From a virus, in IMG/VR virus record IMGVR_UViG_3300007512_000009, positions 62,211 to 126,210 of that record: 64,000 nt of DNA; one strand, written 5' to 3'. Below, in pieces: positions 32,266-42,370 of the stretch. How positions within the stretch are numbered: the stretch's first letter is position 1; the number at the start of each line of letters is the position of its first letter. The position numbers were made by a program, and so were the translations under genes. The notes under the pieces were generated by a model. The model worked only from the letters and a program-made list of their open reading frames with translations. It was not told the DNA's origin and did no database searches.

Positions 32266-33062
32266 GAATAATCATACCAACATGTGACCCACACTTGTTC
32301 GTACTTAAAGGTTTCTCATATTTTTTTAACAAGTATTGGGGTGATGACTTCAACGTTACGATTCTGGGTTTTAGCGAACCAGACTTCGAATTACCTGAGA
32401 ATTTCGAATTCATATCAATGGCGGATGAACAAGTGGGTAAGGCTAAAGGATGGTCTAACTATGTGTTGGAATATGTTAATTCAATTGATGATGAATACTT
32501 TATTTTCGGTATTGACGATTTTTGTCTAGCAAGACCTTTAGATAGAGAGTTGTATTATATTTTAGAAAGCATACCCAGTTGGAAAGGTGATATGGGGGAT
32601 AAAATTGGTAGAATAGATTTGCAACCATCTCTACAATATGCAAGGAATCCTAGAGATGTAACAACCTACAAGAAATTCGATGATTTTGAAATTATAGAAT
32701 TAGCACAGAGGTCTACACAAGAATTTATCTATAGAATAACTGGTCAATTTTCTATATGGAATAGAGAATACTTTTTAAAAAATCTTAAACCAGACTGGAG
32801 TCCACATGATTGGGAACTAATAGGTGGTAAGATGGCAGAAGGTGACGGTTATAAGATTTTAGGTACTAGAGGAAGACACTGTGTGAAGAAAGTGGAATTA
32901 GTTAGTGAGAAACAATACCCAAATAAGATTAATGTGAAGGGTATGAGAAAGGAAGATATAGAAAAAGTCAAGGAAATCTACTCTGATAGACCAGAAGAAA
33001 TAGGTGAATTTAAGGAAGAGTGGCCCTTCGAAAATTGGATTGATATAGTCTATGGAAAATAA
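32262..33062 (+). CDS. Putative GT-A glycosyltransferase-like protein
   Basis: EYFIFGIDDFCL DxD-like motif, SIWNREYF..SPHDWE; island context. Confidence 0.5.
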   Translation: MRIIIPTCDPHLFVLKGFSYFFNKYWGDDFNVTILGFSEPDFELPENFEFISMADEQVGKAKGWSNYVLEYVNSIDDEYFIFGIDDFCLARPLDRELYYILESIPSWKGDMGDKIGRIDLQPSLQYARNPRDVTTYKKFDDFEIIELAQRSTQEFIYRITGQFSIWNREYFLKNLKPDWSPHDWELIGGKMAEGDGYKILGTRGRHCVKKVELVSEKQYPNKINVKGMRKEDIEKVKEIYSDRPEEIGEFKEEWPFENWIDIVYGK

Positions 33063-33924
33063 AATAATGATTGATAAAAATAAGAGATACTTAATTACTG
33101 GTGCAGCCGGATTTCTGGGTGTAGCATTGTTAGATAGACTGGAAAGTATGGGTGTTACAAATGTGGTCACTGTATCTAGAAATGAAGGTAAACTAGTTGA
33201 GATTGCTCAAAAATATCCATGGTTAGAAATAATTCCAGGCGACATCTCTAACATTCATTGCTTACATAAAGGGTTAAAGGATGTTGATGGTGTGTTCCAC
33301 CTTGCGGCATTCAAACACGTTGGTTTAGCAGAAACTCACTGTAGGGAATGTATTGCAAGCAACACCATCGGTTCAATGAACCTGTTAGACCTTACAAGGG
33401 GCATGGATTTAGATTTTATTATTGGTATTAGCACCGATAAGGCAGCCCAAGTTGTGGGTGTTTATGGTGCATCAAAACTCTTAATGGAGAGTTTATTCGG
33501 TGAATATGAACGAATCAATCCTAACACCAAGTACAGAATCGTACGGTATGGGAATGTGTTGTATTCAACAGGTTCTGTGTTATGCAAATGGAAAGACCTG
33601 CTATCAAATAATGAAGAGGTTATCGTGACAGATGCAGAAGCAACACGTTTCTTTTGGACTAGAGAACAAGCAATCGATTTGATTTTTTCCTGCTTAGAAA
33701 ATGCGACTGATACAACACCATATTGTCCAGACATGAAATCAATGAAAATTAGTGATATGCTTAAAGCGATGGCTAACAACTATCTACCTGAGGGTGGGAA
33801 GTTGAAAATTAAAACCATCGGTATACAAAAAGGTGAAAATCTTCATGAAAAGATTTTAGAAGAAGGGCCATATTCAAACGAAGTGGAATTATATACGGTA
33901 TCTGAGATTGAGGATATGGTTTGA
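33052..33924 (+). CDS. UDP-GlcNAc 4,6-dehydratase (PseB/CapD-like)
   Basis: LITGAAGFLG, FHLAAFKHV, ISTDKA, YGASK, VRYGNVLYSTGSV, ATRFFW. Confidence 0.88.
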   Translation: MENKIMIDKNKRYLITGAAGFLGVALLDRLESMGVTNVVTVSRNEGKLVEIAQKYPWLEIIPGDISNIHCLHKGLKDVDGVFHLAAFKHVGLAETHCRECIASNTIGSMNLLDLTRGMDLDFIIGISTDKAAQVVGVYGASKLLMESLFGEYERINPNTKYRIVRYGNVLYSTGSVLCKWKDLLSNNEEVIVTDAEATRFFWTREQAIDLIFSCLENATDTTPYCPDMKSMKISDMLKAMANNYLPEGGKLKIKTIGIQKGENLHEKILEEGPYSNEVELYTVSEIEDMV

Positions 33925-34550
33925 GAAAATCAAACAAAATAAAAGCAATTTTATATGATTTAGATGGGGTATTGGTTGATGCCTGTGACTGGCATTATCA
34001 CTCTTTAAATCGTGCACTGGAAGAAGTTGCCGGTTTCGAAATCAGCAGAGAAGAACATTTAAGCACTTATAATGGTTTACCAACCAAAAAGAAACTTGCT
34101 ATGTTGGAAATAACTGGTGACAAAGCAAACCAAGTGTGGGAAAAGAAACAACAATATACTGTAGATGTCATCAATGAGATGGCACACAATTTACCACAAA
34201 AAAGAAGATTACATGAATTTACTAAAATGTTGGGTATCAAATCTTGTTGTGTAACAAATTCAATCAGAAAAACAGCAGAGTTGATGTTAAAAAATACTGG
34301 ACAACTTGAATACATGGATTTTGTTGTTACCAATGAAGATGTTGAAAATAATAAACCAAGCCCAGAATGTTATATACTAGCAATGGGAAAACTGGGTTTT
34401 CTACCAACTGAGTGTCTTATCGTAGAAGACTCACCTAAAGGAATCGAATCAGCAGAAGCAACAGGGGCATATGTTTTTGAGGTAGATAACTCTACGCAGG
34501 TTCATTTTAACACAATAAAAAGAGAACTAATGGGAATATTACAACTATGA
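33921..34550 (+). CDS. HAD-superfamily phosphatase
   Basis: DLDGVLVD, NKPSPECY, IVEDSPKG. Confidence 0.9.
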   Translation: MRKSNKIKAILYDLDGVLVDACDWHYHSLNRALEEVAGFEISREEHLSTYNGLPTKKKLAMLEITGDKANQVWEKKQQYTVDVINEMAHNLPQKRRLHEFTKMLGIKSCCVTNSIRKTAELMLKNTGQLEYMDFVVTNEDVENNKPSPECYILAMGKLGFLPTECLIVEDSPKGIESAEATGAYVFEVDNSTQVHFNTIKRELMGILQL

Positions 34551-35257
34551 ATATATTAATACCAATGGCAGGTGAGGGTAGTAGATTTGCTAAGGAAGGT
34601 TACACTTTCCCCAAGCCTTTAATTGATGTGAACGGTAAACCAATGATTCAAGCAGTGGTTGAAAATTTGGATTTCAATGCAAATTATATTTTTTTAGTAA
34701 GAAAAGAACATCTTGAAAAATATGAAGGTCTAGAGGACACATTGAATAGAATCACTAACGGTAGATGTACTATTGTTAAAGTAGATGGCTTAACAGAAGG
34801 TGCAGCCTGTACAGCACTTTTAGCAAAAGAATATATTGATAACGATGAAGATTTGCTAATTGCTAACTCAGACCAAATTATTGAATACTCACCAGAGAAT
34901 TTTAACCTAATGAAGGAATTAACTAGTTTTGATGCTATGGTCTATACTTTCGAAGCGGTACACCCAAAGTGGTCATTTGTTAAAACGAATTCTAGAGGTG
35001 TAGTAACAGAAGTCGCTGAGAAAAGACCAATATCTAATATTGCAACATGTGGGATATATTGGTATAGAAGGGGTTCTGATTTTGTAAAATATGCAAAACA
35101 AATGGTTGAGAAAGATATTCGTGTTAATAACGAATTTTATATCGCTCCAGTTTATAATGAACTTATTCAAGACGGTTATACTCTAGTTCCTTTTTATGTG
35201 CATAGCATGAATGGGATAGGAACACCAGAAGACTTGCGGTCGTTTTTGGAGAAATAA
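34547..35257 (+). CDS. Nucleotidyltransferase/GT-A, BcbE-like
   Basis: IPMAGEGSRF, PKPLIDV, IANSDQ, NNEFYIAPVYN, GTPEDL. Confidence 0.85.
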   Translation: MNILIPMAGEGSRFAKEGYTFPKPLIDVNGKPMIQAVVENLDFNANYIFLVRKEHLEKYEGLEDTLNRITNGRCTIVKVDGLTEGAACTALLAKEYIDNDEDLLIANSDQIIEYSPENFNLMKELTSFDAMVYTFEAVHPKWSFVKTNSRGVVTEVAEKRPISNIATCGIYWYRRGSDFVKYAKQMVEKDIRVNNEFYIAPVYNELIQDGYTLVPFYVHSMNGIGTPEDLRSFLEK

Positions 35258-35260
35258 ATT

Positions 35261-35770
35261 ATGGTTAAGTTAATATCACATAGAGGTAATTTGAAGGGAA
35301 AAAACCCAGATAGGGAGAACCATCCAGACTATATCATGGAGGCCTTGAACAAAGGATATCATGTAGAAGTTGATGTTCACTATAAAGATGGGGACTTGTA
35401 TCTTGGACACAATGAACCTAAATATAAAGTAAGACAAAACCTTCTCAGATGTAATAGAATCATCTGTCATGCTAAGGACAAAGAAGCATTACAGGTGATG
35501 CTAGAAAGTAGTGAAATTCATTGTTTTTGGCATGATGGTGATGACTACACGATAACATCTAATGGTTTAGTTTGGGTGCATCCAACCAAAGAATTGCTAC
35601 CCAAATCTGTGTGTGTCTTACCAGAAAATCCTGGCAGTAAATTAAAAGGGATAGAAGACTGTTATGCAATTTGTAGTGACTATATTGAAGAATTTAGTGG
35701 TGAAAAACCAATAGGTGATGTTTTAAGAAGACTTAAGTCTTCTTTTGAAAAAAGTGAAAGTAATGCGTAA
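35261..35770 (+). CDS. GDPD/PLC-like phosphodiesterase domain protein
   Basis: LISHRGN, EVDV, LGH, ICSD motifs. Confidence 0.75.
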   Translation: MVKLISHRGNLKGKNPDRENHPDYIMEALNKGYHVEVDVHYKDGDLYLGHNEPKYKVRQNLLRCNRIICHAKDKEALQVMLESSEIHCFWHDGDDYTITSNGLVWVHPTKELLPKSVCVLPENPGSKLKGIEDCYAICSDYIEEFSGEKPIGDVLRRLKSSFEKSESNA

Positions 35771-36689
35771 AATTTATTTTGTTCCAAACTGGGGTTTAAC
35801 ATCAGAGCAAATGGTGGATGATTATAGGAATCAGACGCCTGGCTGTTCAGGAGTTTGGGAAGATATTGAATACACGTTAAATCCTGATGAAGCAGATTAT
35901 TTAATCATCCAAGATGAATGCAGTAAAGACTTATGGGATAAGTTTGAACCAGAACAGAGATTATATTTTTCTAGAGAGGCATTAACACCAAATTCGATAG
36001 ACAACTTTCCAGAAGATGAATGTCAACATTTTTCATTTTGGGATGAAACTGGGTATCTTTGGACAAAATGGTGGTATCCAAACAGATTTAGTGGTGGTGT
36101 AAATATGACTTATGACGAGTTGGTTGCCCTTGAACCAATGGGTGAAAAATTGTATAATATAAGTTGTATTTTGTCCAACAAAGAAATGTGTTATGGACAT
36201 GCAAGAAGAAAAAGATTTGTATTTGAATTTTCATCACGAAAACGACATTTTATGGACATTTATGGTTCTATTCCTTGTAATAATAAAACTTTAGAAAATG
36301 ACGATAAAAGAAGCGGTTTATTAAATTATAACTACCATCTTGCATTTGATAACCAAGACAACCTTAAAGATTTCTTCGGTACTCAATTTACAGATGCATT
36401 ATTATGTTGGACAGTACCTATCTTTTGGGGTGGGGGAGATGGAAATAAATACTTCCCAGAGGGGTCTTATGAAACCTTTGATGTCGATAACTATGATGAA
36501 ATTGACAGGATAGTTGATATTGTTGAAAGTGGTGATTACCTTTCAAGACTCCCTGCAATAAAAGAAGCAAGAGAATTAATTTTAAACAAATATAACATGT
36601 GGCCTACTATCAAGAATGCAATTGATAGTCTAGAAAGTGAGGAAGACTATGAAAGTTCCCCAATTCATGCCGTTCGTGGACTTGACTGA
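35763..36689 (+). CDS. GT10 (fucosyltransferase-like) glycosyltransferase
   Basis: YHLAFDN..FFGTQFTDALLCWTVPIFWG resembles the GT10 motif (ENS..TEK..DA..GTVPIYWG). Confidence 0.7.
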   Translation: MRKIYFVPNWGLTSEQMVDDYRNQTPGCSGVWEDIEYTLNPDEADYLIIQDECSKDLWDKFEPEQRLYFSREALTPNSIDNFPEDECQHFSFWDETGYLWTKWWYPNRFSGGVNMTYDELVALEPMGEKLYNISCILSNKEMCYGHARRKRFVFEFSSRKRHFMDIYGSIPCNNKTLENDDKRSGLLNYNYHLAFDNQDNLKDFFGTQFTDALLCWTVPIFWGGGDGNKYFPEGSYETFDVDNYDEIDRIVDIVESGDYLSRLPAIKEARELILNKYNMWPTIKNAIDSLESEEDYESSPIHAVRGLD

Positions 36690-37788
36690 TTACGACGCAT
36701 TAAAAGAATCTTTTGAAATCAACTGGATTACAGAGGGTCCAAAATCTCATAAATTCAATGAAGAAATTCGTGCGAAGGTAAACACCTATCATGGTTCGTT
36801 CGCTCCTAACGGAACTCTAGCACTATATCTTGCTCTCAAAGCGTGTGGTATTGGTGAAGGTGATGAGGTTATTGTACCAAATTTCACATTTATTGCGACA
36901 GCAAATGCTGTGGAAATGGTAGGTGCTACTCCAGTGTTTGCTGATATTAACACTTATGATTTTCAGTTAGATGTTGGTGCCTGTGAAGGTTTGGTTACTG
37001 AGAAAACCAAAGCAATTATGCCTGCACATCTATATGGTTTTGCATGCGATATGGATGCAGTTATGGAATTCTCTGAAAGACACGGCATCTTGGTTATTGA
37101 AGACGCAGCCCAGGCACTAGGTGTGGAATGGAAAGGTAAAAGATGTGGTGGTATAGGTGATGTTGGATGTTTCTCGTTCTTCGCTGACAAAACAATAACA
37201 ACTGGTGAGGGTGGATTCGTTGCTACCAACAATCCAGTTATACATGAGAAGGTTAAATACCTTAGAAATCAAGGTAGACAAGACAGAGGTACGTTCATCC
37301 ATCCAAAAATTGGTTATAACTTTAGGATGACAGATATCCAAGCATCCCTCGGACTGTCACAACTAAAGAAATTTAACACCATTGTGGAGAACAAAACACG
37401 AATCCATAAGTTGTATACCGAGTTGCTGAAAGATGTGACTGAGGTAACAGTGGTACAGCCGACAGATGAAATTACTTCATTCATTCCTTTTAGGGTCGTG
37501 TTGACAGTAGACAATGAAAATACCTCAGAAGGGGTTATGAACTATATGAAAGAACATGAAATAGAACCCAGAACATTTTTCTACCCTTTACATAAACAAC
37601 CTTGTTTTAAAAAATATGTAGAAAATGATAAACGATATGAAGGTGATGTTTTCAGAAATTCAAATTATGCTTACGATAGAGGGGTTTGTTTGCCATCGTT
37701 TGCATCAATGACTGAAGACCAAGTGGAGTTTGTTTGTGACACCATTAAATCTTATTATGCTAATAAAAAGGTAACTGTTGATGTATAA
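36649..37788 (+). CDS. DegT/DnrJ/EryC1/StrS sugar aminotransferase
   Basis: NGTLAL, IVPNFTFIATANAV, IEDAAQ, SFFADKTITTGEGG, GYNFRM. Confidence 0.93.
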   Translation: MKVPQFMPFVDLTDYDALKESFEINWITEGPKSHKFNEEIRAKVNTYHGSFAPNGTLALYLALKACGIGEGDEVIVPNFTFIATANAVEMVGATPVFADINTYDFQLDVGACEGLVTEKTKAIMPAHLYGFACDMDAVMEFSERHGILVIEDAAQALGVEWKGKRCGGIGDVGCFSFFADKTITTGEGGFVATNNPVIHEKVKYLRNQGRQDRGTFIHPKIGYNFRMTDIQASLGLSQLKKFNTIVENKTRIHKLYTELLKDVTEVTVVQPTDEITSFIPFRVVLTVDNENTSEGVMNYMKEHEIEPRTFFYPLHKQPCFKKYVENDKRYEGDVFRNSNYAYDRGVCLPSFASMTEDQVEFVCDTIKSYYANKKVTVDV

Positions 37789-38284
37789 AATAGATGCTAG
37801 TATTACTGAACCAACTTTATTAAAAATCCAGTCGATTTCAGACGATAGGGGTTATTTAATACCAATAACAGATGATATCGACCATGATTTGTTCCATAGG
37901 TGCTATATTGTAAGCGATTATGGTAAAGGAGTCATAAGAGGTCTTCACTATCATAAACTGGAAACGAAAGTGTTTACAATAGTCAATGGGGCTGCTAAAT
38001 TTATAACCCTTAAAATTTCGGAAGACATGGCAGACAGAAATGACCCATGTGAAATTTCTGATTTTATAGATGATAACCCAGATAGCGTACAAACTTTTGT
38101 TTTAAGTAGCAGACATCACGGAGTTTTGGTGATTCCACCTTATTATGCTAATGGTTGGGTAAGTCTAGAAGATAATACCACATTAACTTCTCTCAGCAAT
38201 CTTCGTTATGAAGAAGCAATGGATGATGACATTAGAATAGACCCTTATATTGTGTGCGAAGCGTGGGAAACAATAGGTAGATAA
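37781..38284 (+). CDS. RmlC-like cupin (sugar 3,5-epimerase-like)
   Basis: DDRGY, VIRGLHYH, LVIPPYYANG. Confidence 0.75.
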   Translation: MYKIDASITEPTLLKIQSISDDRGYLIPITDDIDHDLFHRCYIVSDYGKGVIRGLHYHKLETKVFTIVNGAAKFITLKISEDMADRNDPCEISDFIDDNPDSVQTFVLSSRHHGVLVIPPYYANGWVSLEDNTTLTSLSNLRYEEAMDDDIRIDPYIVCEAWETIGR

Positions 38285-38493
38285 TGTCTTTTAAAGAAAC
38301 AAAGACCAGAAGTGTTACTAAAACCATAGTTTGGAGATTAATTGCAATCCTGAACAGTTATTTAATTTTGATTTTAATGATATCGGATAAACCAATGCAT
38401 AATGCTTTATTAATGAATTTAACTGGATTTATTGTTTATTATTTTTACGAAAGAACTTGGGATAAAATTAAAAAAGGAAGGTACGAAGAATGA
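38284..38493 (+). CDS. DUF2061-like small membrane protein
   Basis: ETKTRSVTKTIVWR..YYFYERTWDKI. Confidence 0.8.
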   Translation: MSFKETKTRSVTKTIVWRLIAILNSYLILILMISDKPMHNALLMNLTGFIVYYFYERTWDKIKKGRYEE

Positions 38494-39416
38494 AAATACT
38501 AGTGACAGGTGGTGCAGGTTACATTGGCAGTATGTTAGTACCAGAACTTTTGAAAGCGGGACATGAAGTGTGCGTTTACGATTCATTGTTGTTTGGTGGA
38601 AATAGCATGCTTCCACATTTTAGAAATTCCAATTTTACTTTTATAAAAGGTGACATTAGGGATACTGGTAAGTTGAAACAATCTGTTAAGGGTAAGGATG
38701 TTATTATTCACTTAGCCGCAATAGTTGGATATCCTGCCTGTGAGCAAGACCACAAAATCACGACAGAAGTAAACTTGGAAGCGACCAAGAAGTTAGTAGA
38801 TATGCTTGATAGCAATCAAATAATTTTGTTTGGTTCTACTGGTAGCAACTACGGAAGGGTAGAAGGAGTTTGTACAGAAGAAACACCTTTAAATCCTCTA
38901 AGTCTATATGGCACAACAAAAACTGAAGCAGAGCAGTATATTATGAAAAATTGTAAAGCGGTTGCTTACAGATTTGCTACTGCATTTGGTCTTTCTCCAA
39001 GGTTAAGACTCGACCTTTTAGTTAACGATTTTACTAATAAAGCAATAAATGACAAGTATATTGTTGTTTATGAATCTCATTTTATGAGGACTTTTATTCA
39101 TGTACACGATATAGCAAGGTCTTTTTTATTTGCTTTAAATAATTTAGATAAAATGGTTGGAAACGTGTATAATGTGGGATGCGATACTATGAATTTCAGC
39201 AAAAGAGAAGTGTGCGAAAAAATTCAAGCAGTTACCCCTTACTTTTTACATTTAGCGGATATCGGTAGTGATGCAGACCAAAGAGATTATGTGGTGTCTT
39301 ACGACAAGATTTCATCTCTTGGATTTGAAGTACATGTTGGGTTAGATGAAGGAATTCAAGAGTTGTCGGATGGAATTAAAGTTATTAAAATACAAAACCC
39401 CTACGCAAATGTTTGA
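38490..39416 (+). CDS. NAD-dependent epimerase/dehydratase
   Basis: VTGGAGYIGS, IHLAAIVG, YGTTK, RFATAFGLSPRLRLDL. Confidence 0.92.
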   Translation: MKILVTGGAGYIGSMLVPELLKAGHEVCVYDSLLFGGNSMLPHFRNSNFTFIKGDIRDTGKLKQSVKGKDVIIHLAAIVGYPACEQDHKITTEVNLEATKKLVDMLDSNQIILFGSTGSNYGRVEGVCTEETPLNPLSLYGTTKTEAEQYIMKNCKAVAYRFATAFGLSPRLRLDLLVNDFTNKAINDKYIVVYESHFMRTFIHVHDIARSFLFALNNLDKMVGNVYNVGCDTMNFSKREVCEKIQAVTPYFLHLADIGSDADQRDYVVSYDKISSLGFEVHVGLDEGIQELSDGIKVIKIQNPYANV

Positions 39417-40149
39417 AGAAAAATACAAAAATAAAATGGCTGCTATTTATGATTTAATACATGAAAATAAAGATTATAAATCAGAGGTAGACTATATAGA
39501 CCATATTTACAATAGGATTAGTCCTAAAAACAAAGAAGTATTAGATGTTGGTTGTGGTACTGGTAGACATCTGGAAGTGTTTAAAGAATATGGATATAAC
39601 GCTAATGGTGTAGACCCATCAGAAGATATGATAAATGAAGCAAGGAAAAGACTGGGTGAAGATGTTAATTTGGTATGTGGTAATGCTGATGACATTAAAG
39701 GTAAATTTGATTTAGTTGTTAGTATGTTCAATGTGGTCAATCATGTAACTGGTGAGTATGAAAACCTAGAAAATTTCTTTAAGTCTGTTTCAAGAAGGCT
39801 CAACAAGAAAGGTCTTTTTATATTTGATTGTTTTAACCGTTCTGCTTATGTTAAAGACGCACCTGATAGAATAACTAAGAAATTGATTAACGGTGCTACT
39901 CTTACGGTAGAACCTAAAACAGATTATTATGAATCCACATTAAATTTGGAATGCAAATATAAAAGTAATAATGAAGAATTTAGTTATGAAATTAACCATA
40001 AGATATGGCATATTAACACCATAATAGTTGCACTTTTGAAAAGCGGTCTTAGTCCAACCAATATGTACAAACATTTTAAATGTGAAGAAGCAACTCCAGA
40101 AGACTATAAGGTGGTATTTGTTTGTAAGAAAGTGAAGGCCATAAGATGA
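39409..40149 (+). CDS. Class I SAM-dependent methyltransferase
   Basis: YDLI..DYKSE, VLDVGCGTG, GVDPSEDM, FIFD. Confidence 0.88.
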   Translation: MFEEKYKNKMAAIYDLIHENKDYKSEVDYIDHIYNRISPKNKEVLDVGCGTGRHLEVFKEYGYNANGVDPSEDMINEARKRLGEDVNLVCGNADDIKGKFDLVVSMFNVVNHVTGEYENLENFFKSVSRRLNKKGLFIFDCFNRSAYVKDAPDRITKKLINGATLTVEPKTDYYESTLNLECKYKSNNEEFSYEINHKIWHINTIIVALLKSGLSPTNMYKHFKCEEATPEDYKVVFVCKKVKAIR

Positions 40150-41045
40150 AATTTTTAGTTACAGGGGCAGCAGGATTTATAGGTTCACACTTGGTAGACA
40201 CTCTTATTAAAGAAGGTCATAGGGTAATCGCTGTTGATGACGAATCAGCAGACAACAAATTTTATTGGAACAAAAAAGCAACAAATCATAAAACAAGTGT
40301 TAACTGCTATGATTGTTTATTTTATATTATGAAAGATGTAGATGTTGTCTTCCATTTGGCAGCCGAGTCAAGGGTGCAAAAATGTTTGCATAATCCGATA
40401 CAAGCGGCCAAAACCAATGTAGTTGGTATATGCAATGTATTGCAGTCTGCTTCCGATAACGGAGTAAAAAGAGTGGTTTATTCTTCTACATCTTCTGCCT
40501 ATGGTCTTTCAGAGGATGTGCCCAATAAAGAAGATGCTAAGGTAGACTGTATCAACCCATATGCCTCTACTAAGGTAGCAGGTGAACTACTATGCAAAAA
40601 TTACTCCGAGTTGTTTGGTCTAGAAACAGTTATATTTAGATATTTCAACGTGTACGGTGATAGGTCACCAGTCAAAGGTCAATATGCACCGCTAGTGGGT
40701 AGGTTTTTAGACCAACATAAAAAAGGTGAATTATTGACCATTGTACCCGATGGTAGTCAAAGAAGAGATTATATTCATGTTTCTGATGTAGTTGAAGCAA
40801 ACATGGTCGCAGGATTCAAGAAAGATATTAACTCTGGTGAAATATATAATGTTGGAACAGGTGTTAACCACTCTGTTTCAGAAATAGCAGATATGGTTTC
40901 TAACAAACAGAAATGGATTGAACCCAGAGATGGTGAGGCAAAGGAAACCCTTGCAGACATCTATAAGATTAAAAATGATTTAGGTTGGAGTCCTAAAATA
41001 GAACTTAAAAATTGGATTGAAAATCAAATAAGGATTAAGAAATAA
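40146..41045 (+). CDS. NAD-dependent epimerase (UDP-sugar 4-epimerase-like)
   Basis: VTGAAGFIGSH, YSSTSSAYG, PYASTK, RYFNVYG, RDYIHV. Confidence 0.92.
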   Translation: MKFLVTGAAGFIGSHLVDTLIKEGHRVIAVDDESADNKFYWNKKATNHKTSVNCYDCLFYIMKDVDVVFHLAAESRVQKCLHNPIQAAKTNVVGICNVLQSASDNGVKRVVYSSTSSAYGLSEDVPNKEDAKVDCINPYASTKVAGELLCKNYSELFGLETVIFRYFNVYGDRSPVKGQYAPLVGRFLDQHKKGELLTIVPDGSQRRDYIHVSDVVEANMVAGFKKDINSGEIYNVGTGVNHSVSEIADMVSNKQKWIEPRDGEAKETLADIYKIKNDLGWSPKIELKNWIENQIRIKK

Positions 41046-42349
41046 TGCATAAACTGACATTAGCAATGATTGTAAAAAATGAGAACGTTGACCATTTTAG
41101 GCAGTGTTTGGAATCAGTATCACCATATATTGACTATTATATAATAGCAGATAACGGCTCCACTGACGGAACTCAAGAATTTATTAAAGAGTTTTTTGAT
41201 GCTAAAGGTATAGAAGGTGAAGTTCATGACGTACCTTGGGTTGATTTTGGTCATAACAGGTCAGAAGTCCTCTCTATGTGTAAAGGCAAGGCTCATTACG
41301 CACTTATGATAGATGCGGATGACTATATTGAAGGTACTTTAGACCTTGATATGGATAAAATAATTGAAGAAGGTTATCATGGCCACGCATTAAGAATCCA
41401 TAGAGGCGACTTTACTTGGTGGAGAAACCAAATTTTTAAAACGGATGCTGATTGGAAATATGTTGGTGTTCTGCATGAATATGCAGCCTGTGATGCACCA
41501 CAACCACATAATTTAGGTAGGATAGACGGTAAATATCATATTGATGCTAGAACTTTAGGTGCTAGAAATAAAAATCATGAAACAGGCGAATCACTTGAGG
41601 GTATAGAAAAATATTCTAAAGATGCTGAAGTGCTTTTAAGTGCGTTAACTAATCCAGAAGACCCTGCATATGAACCAGACAATTCACGATATCAATTCTA
41701 CCTAGCACAGTCGTATTTCGACTCTCAACAATGGGAGCAAGCAGAAGAAGCATACTCCCAAAGAGCAAATATGGGTGGGTGGAAAGAAGAGGTATTTTAC
41801 TCAGTGTTTAGAACAGCAATTTGCAAATTACTTCAGGAAAAACCATGGCCTGATGCACAAGATACTATGCTCCAAGCATGGAATATTAAACCAGATAGGG
41901 CAGAACCTCTATACCAAATTGCCAAGGTTCATCGGATGAATGGTAATCCGCATCTTGGTTATTTGTTTGCAAAACAAGCAACTGAAATACCTTATCCTAA
42001 AGATGACATCCTGTTTATTAGTGATGATGTCTATAAGTGGAAAATTCTGGACGAATTTGCTGCCTCGGCATATTATATCGGTGATTACTATAATGGTTAT
42101 GAGGCAAGTAAAATATTGATAGAGTTGTTAGAGAAGGGAGAAATCCCTGAAGAAAACAGACAAAGATTCTATGATAATATTACTTATTATGAATCCGCCA
42201 TAAAGGAAGAAGATAAAAAGAAAGAAAAATGGCTAAAGGCAAAATCGGAAAAAGAAGAAGAAGAAAGACAAAAGAAACTGCAAAAAACAAAAAATATGCA
42301 AAATAAAAAGAATAAGAAAAAGAAGAAGAAGAAGAAATCTAAAGTATAA
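41045..42349 (+). CDS. GT2 glycosyltransferase with TPR-like repeats (protein glycosyltransferase type)
   Basis: LAMIVKNE, DNGSTDGT, WVDFGHNR, IDADD, GVLHE; C-terminal YQFYLAQSY..RAEPLY helical repeats. Confidence 0.85.
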   Translation: MHKLTLAMIVKNENVDHFRQCLESVSPYIDYYIIADNGSTDGTQEFIKEFFDAKGIEGEVHDVPWVDFGHNRSEVLSMCKGKAHYALMIDADDYIEGTLDLDMDKIIEEGYHGHALRIHRGDFTWWRNQIFKTDADWKYVGVLHEYAACDAPQPHNLGRIDGKYHIDARTLGARNKNHETGESLEGIEKYSKDAEVLLSALTNPEDPAYEPDNSRYQFYLAQSYFDSQQWEQAEEAYSQRANMGGWKEEVFYSVFRTAICKLLQEKPWPDAQDTMLQAWNIKPDRAEPLYQIAKVHRMNGNPHLGYLFAKQATEIPYPKDDILFISDDVYKWKILDEFAASAYYIGDYYNGYEASKILIELLEKGEIPEENRQRFYDNITYYESAIKEEDKKKEKWLKAKSEKEEEERQKKLQKTKNMQNKKNKKKKKKKKSKV

Positions 42350-42352
42350 ATA
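42345..42352 (+). promoter_or_regulatory. Late promoter TATAAATA upstream of 42371
   Basis: Exact consensus then AGGAG RBS. Confidence 0.8.
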
Positions 42353-42370
42353 ATACTTAGGAGATTATAT

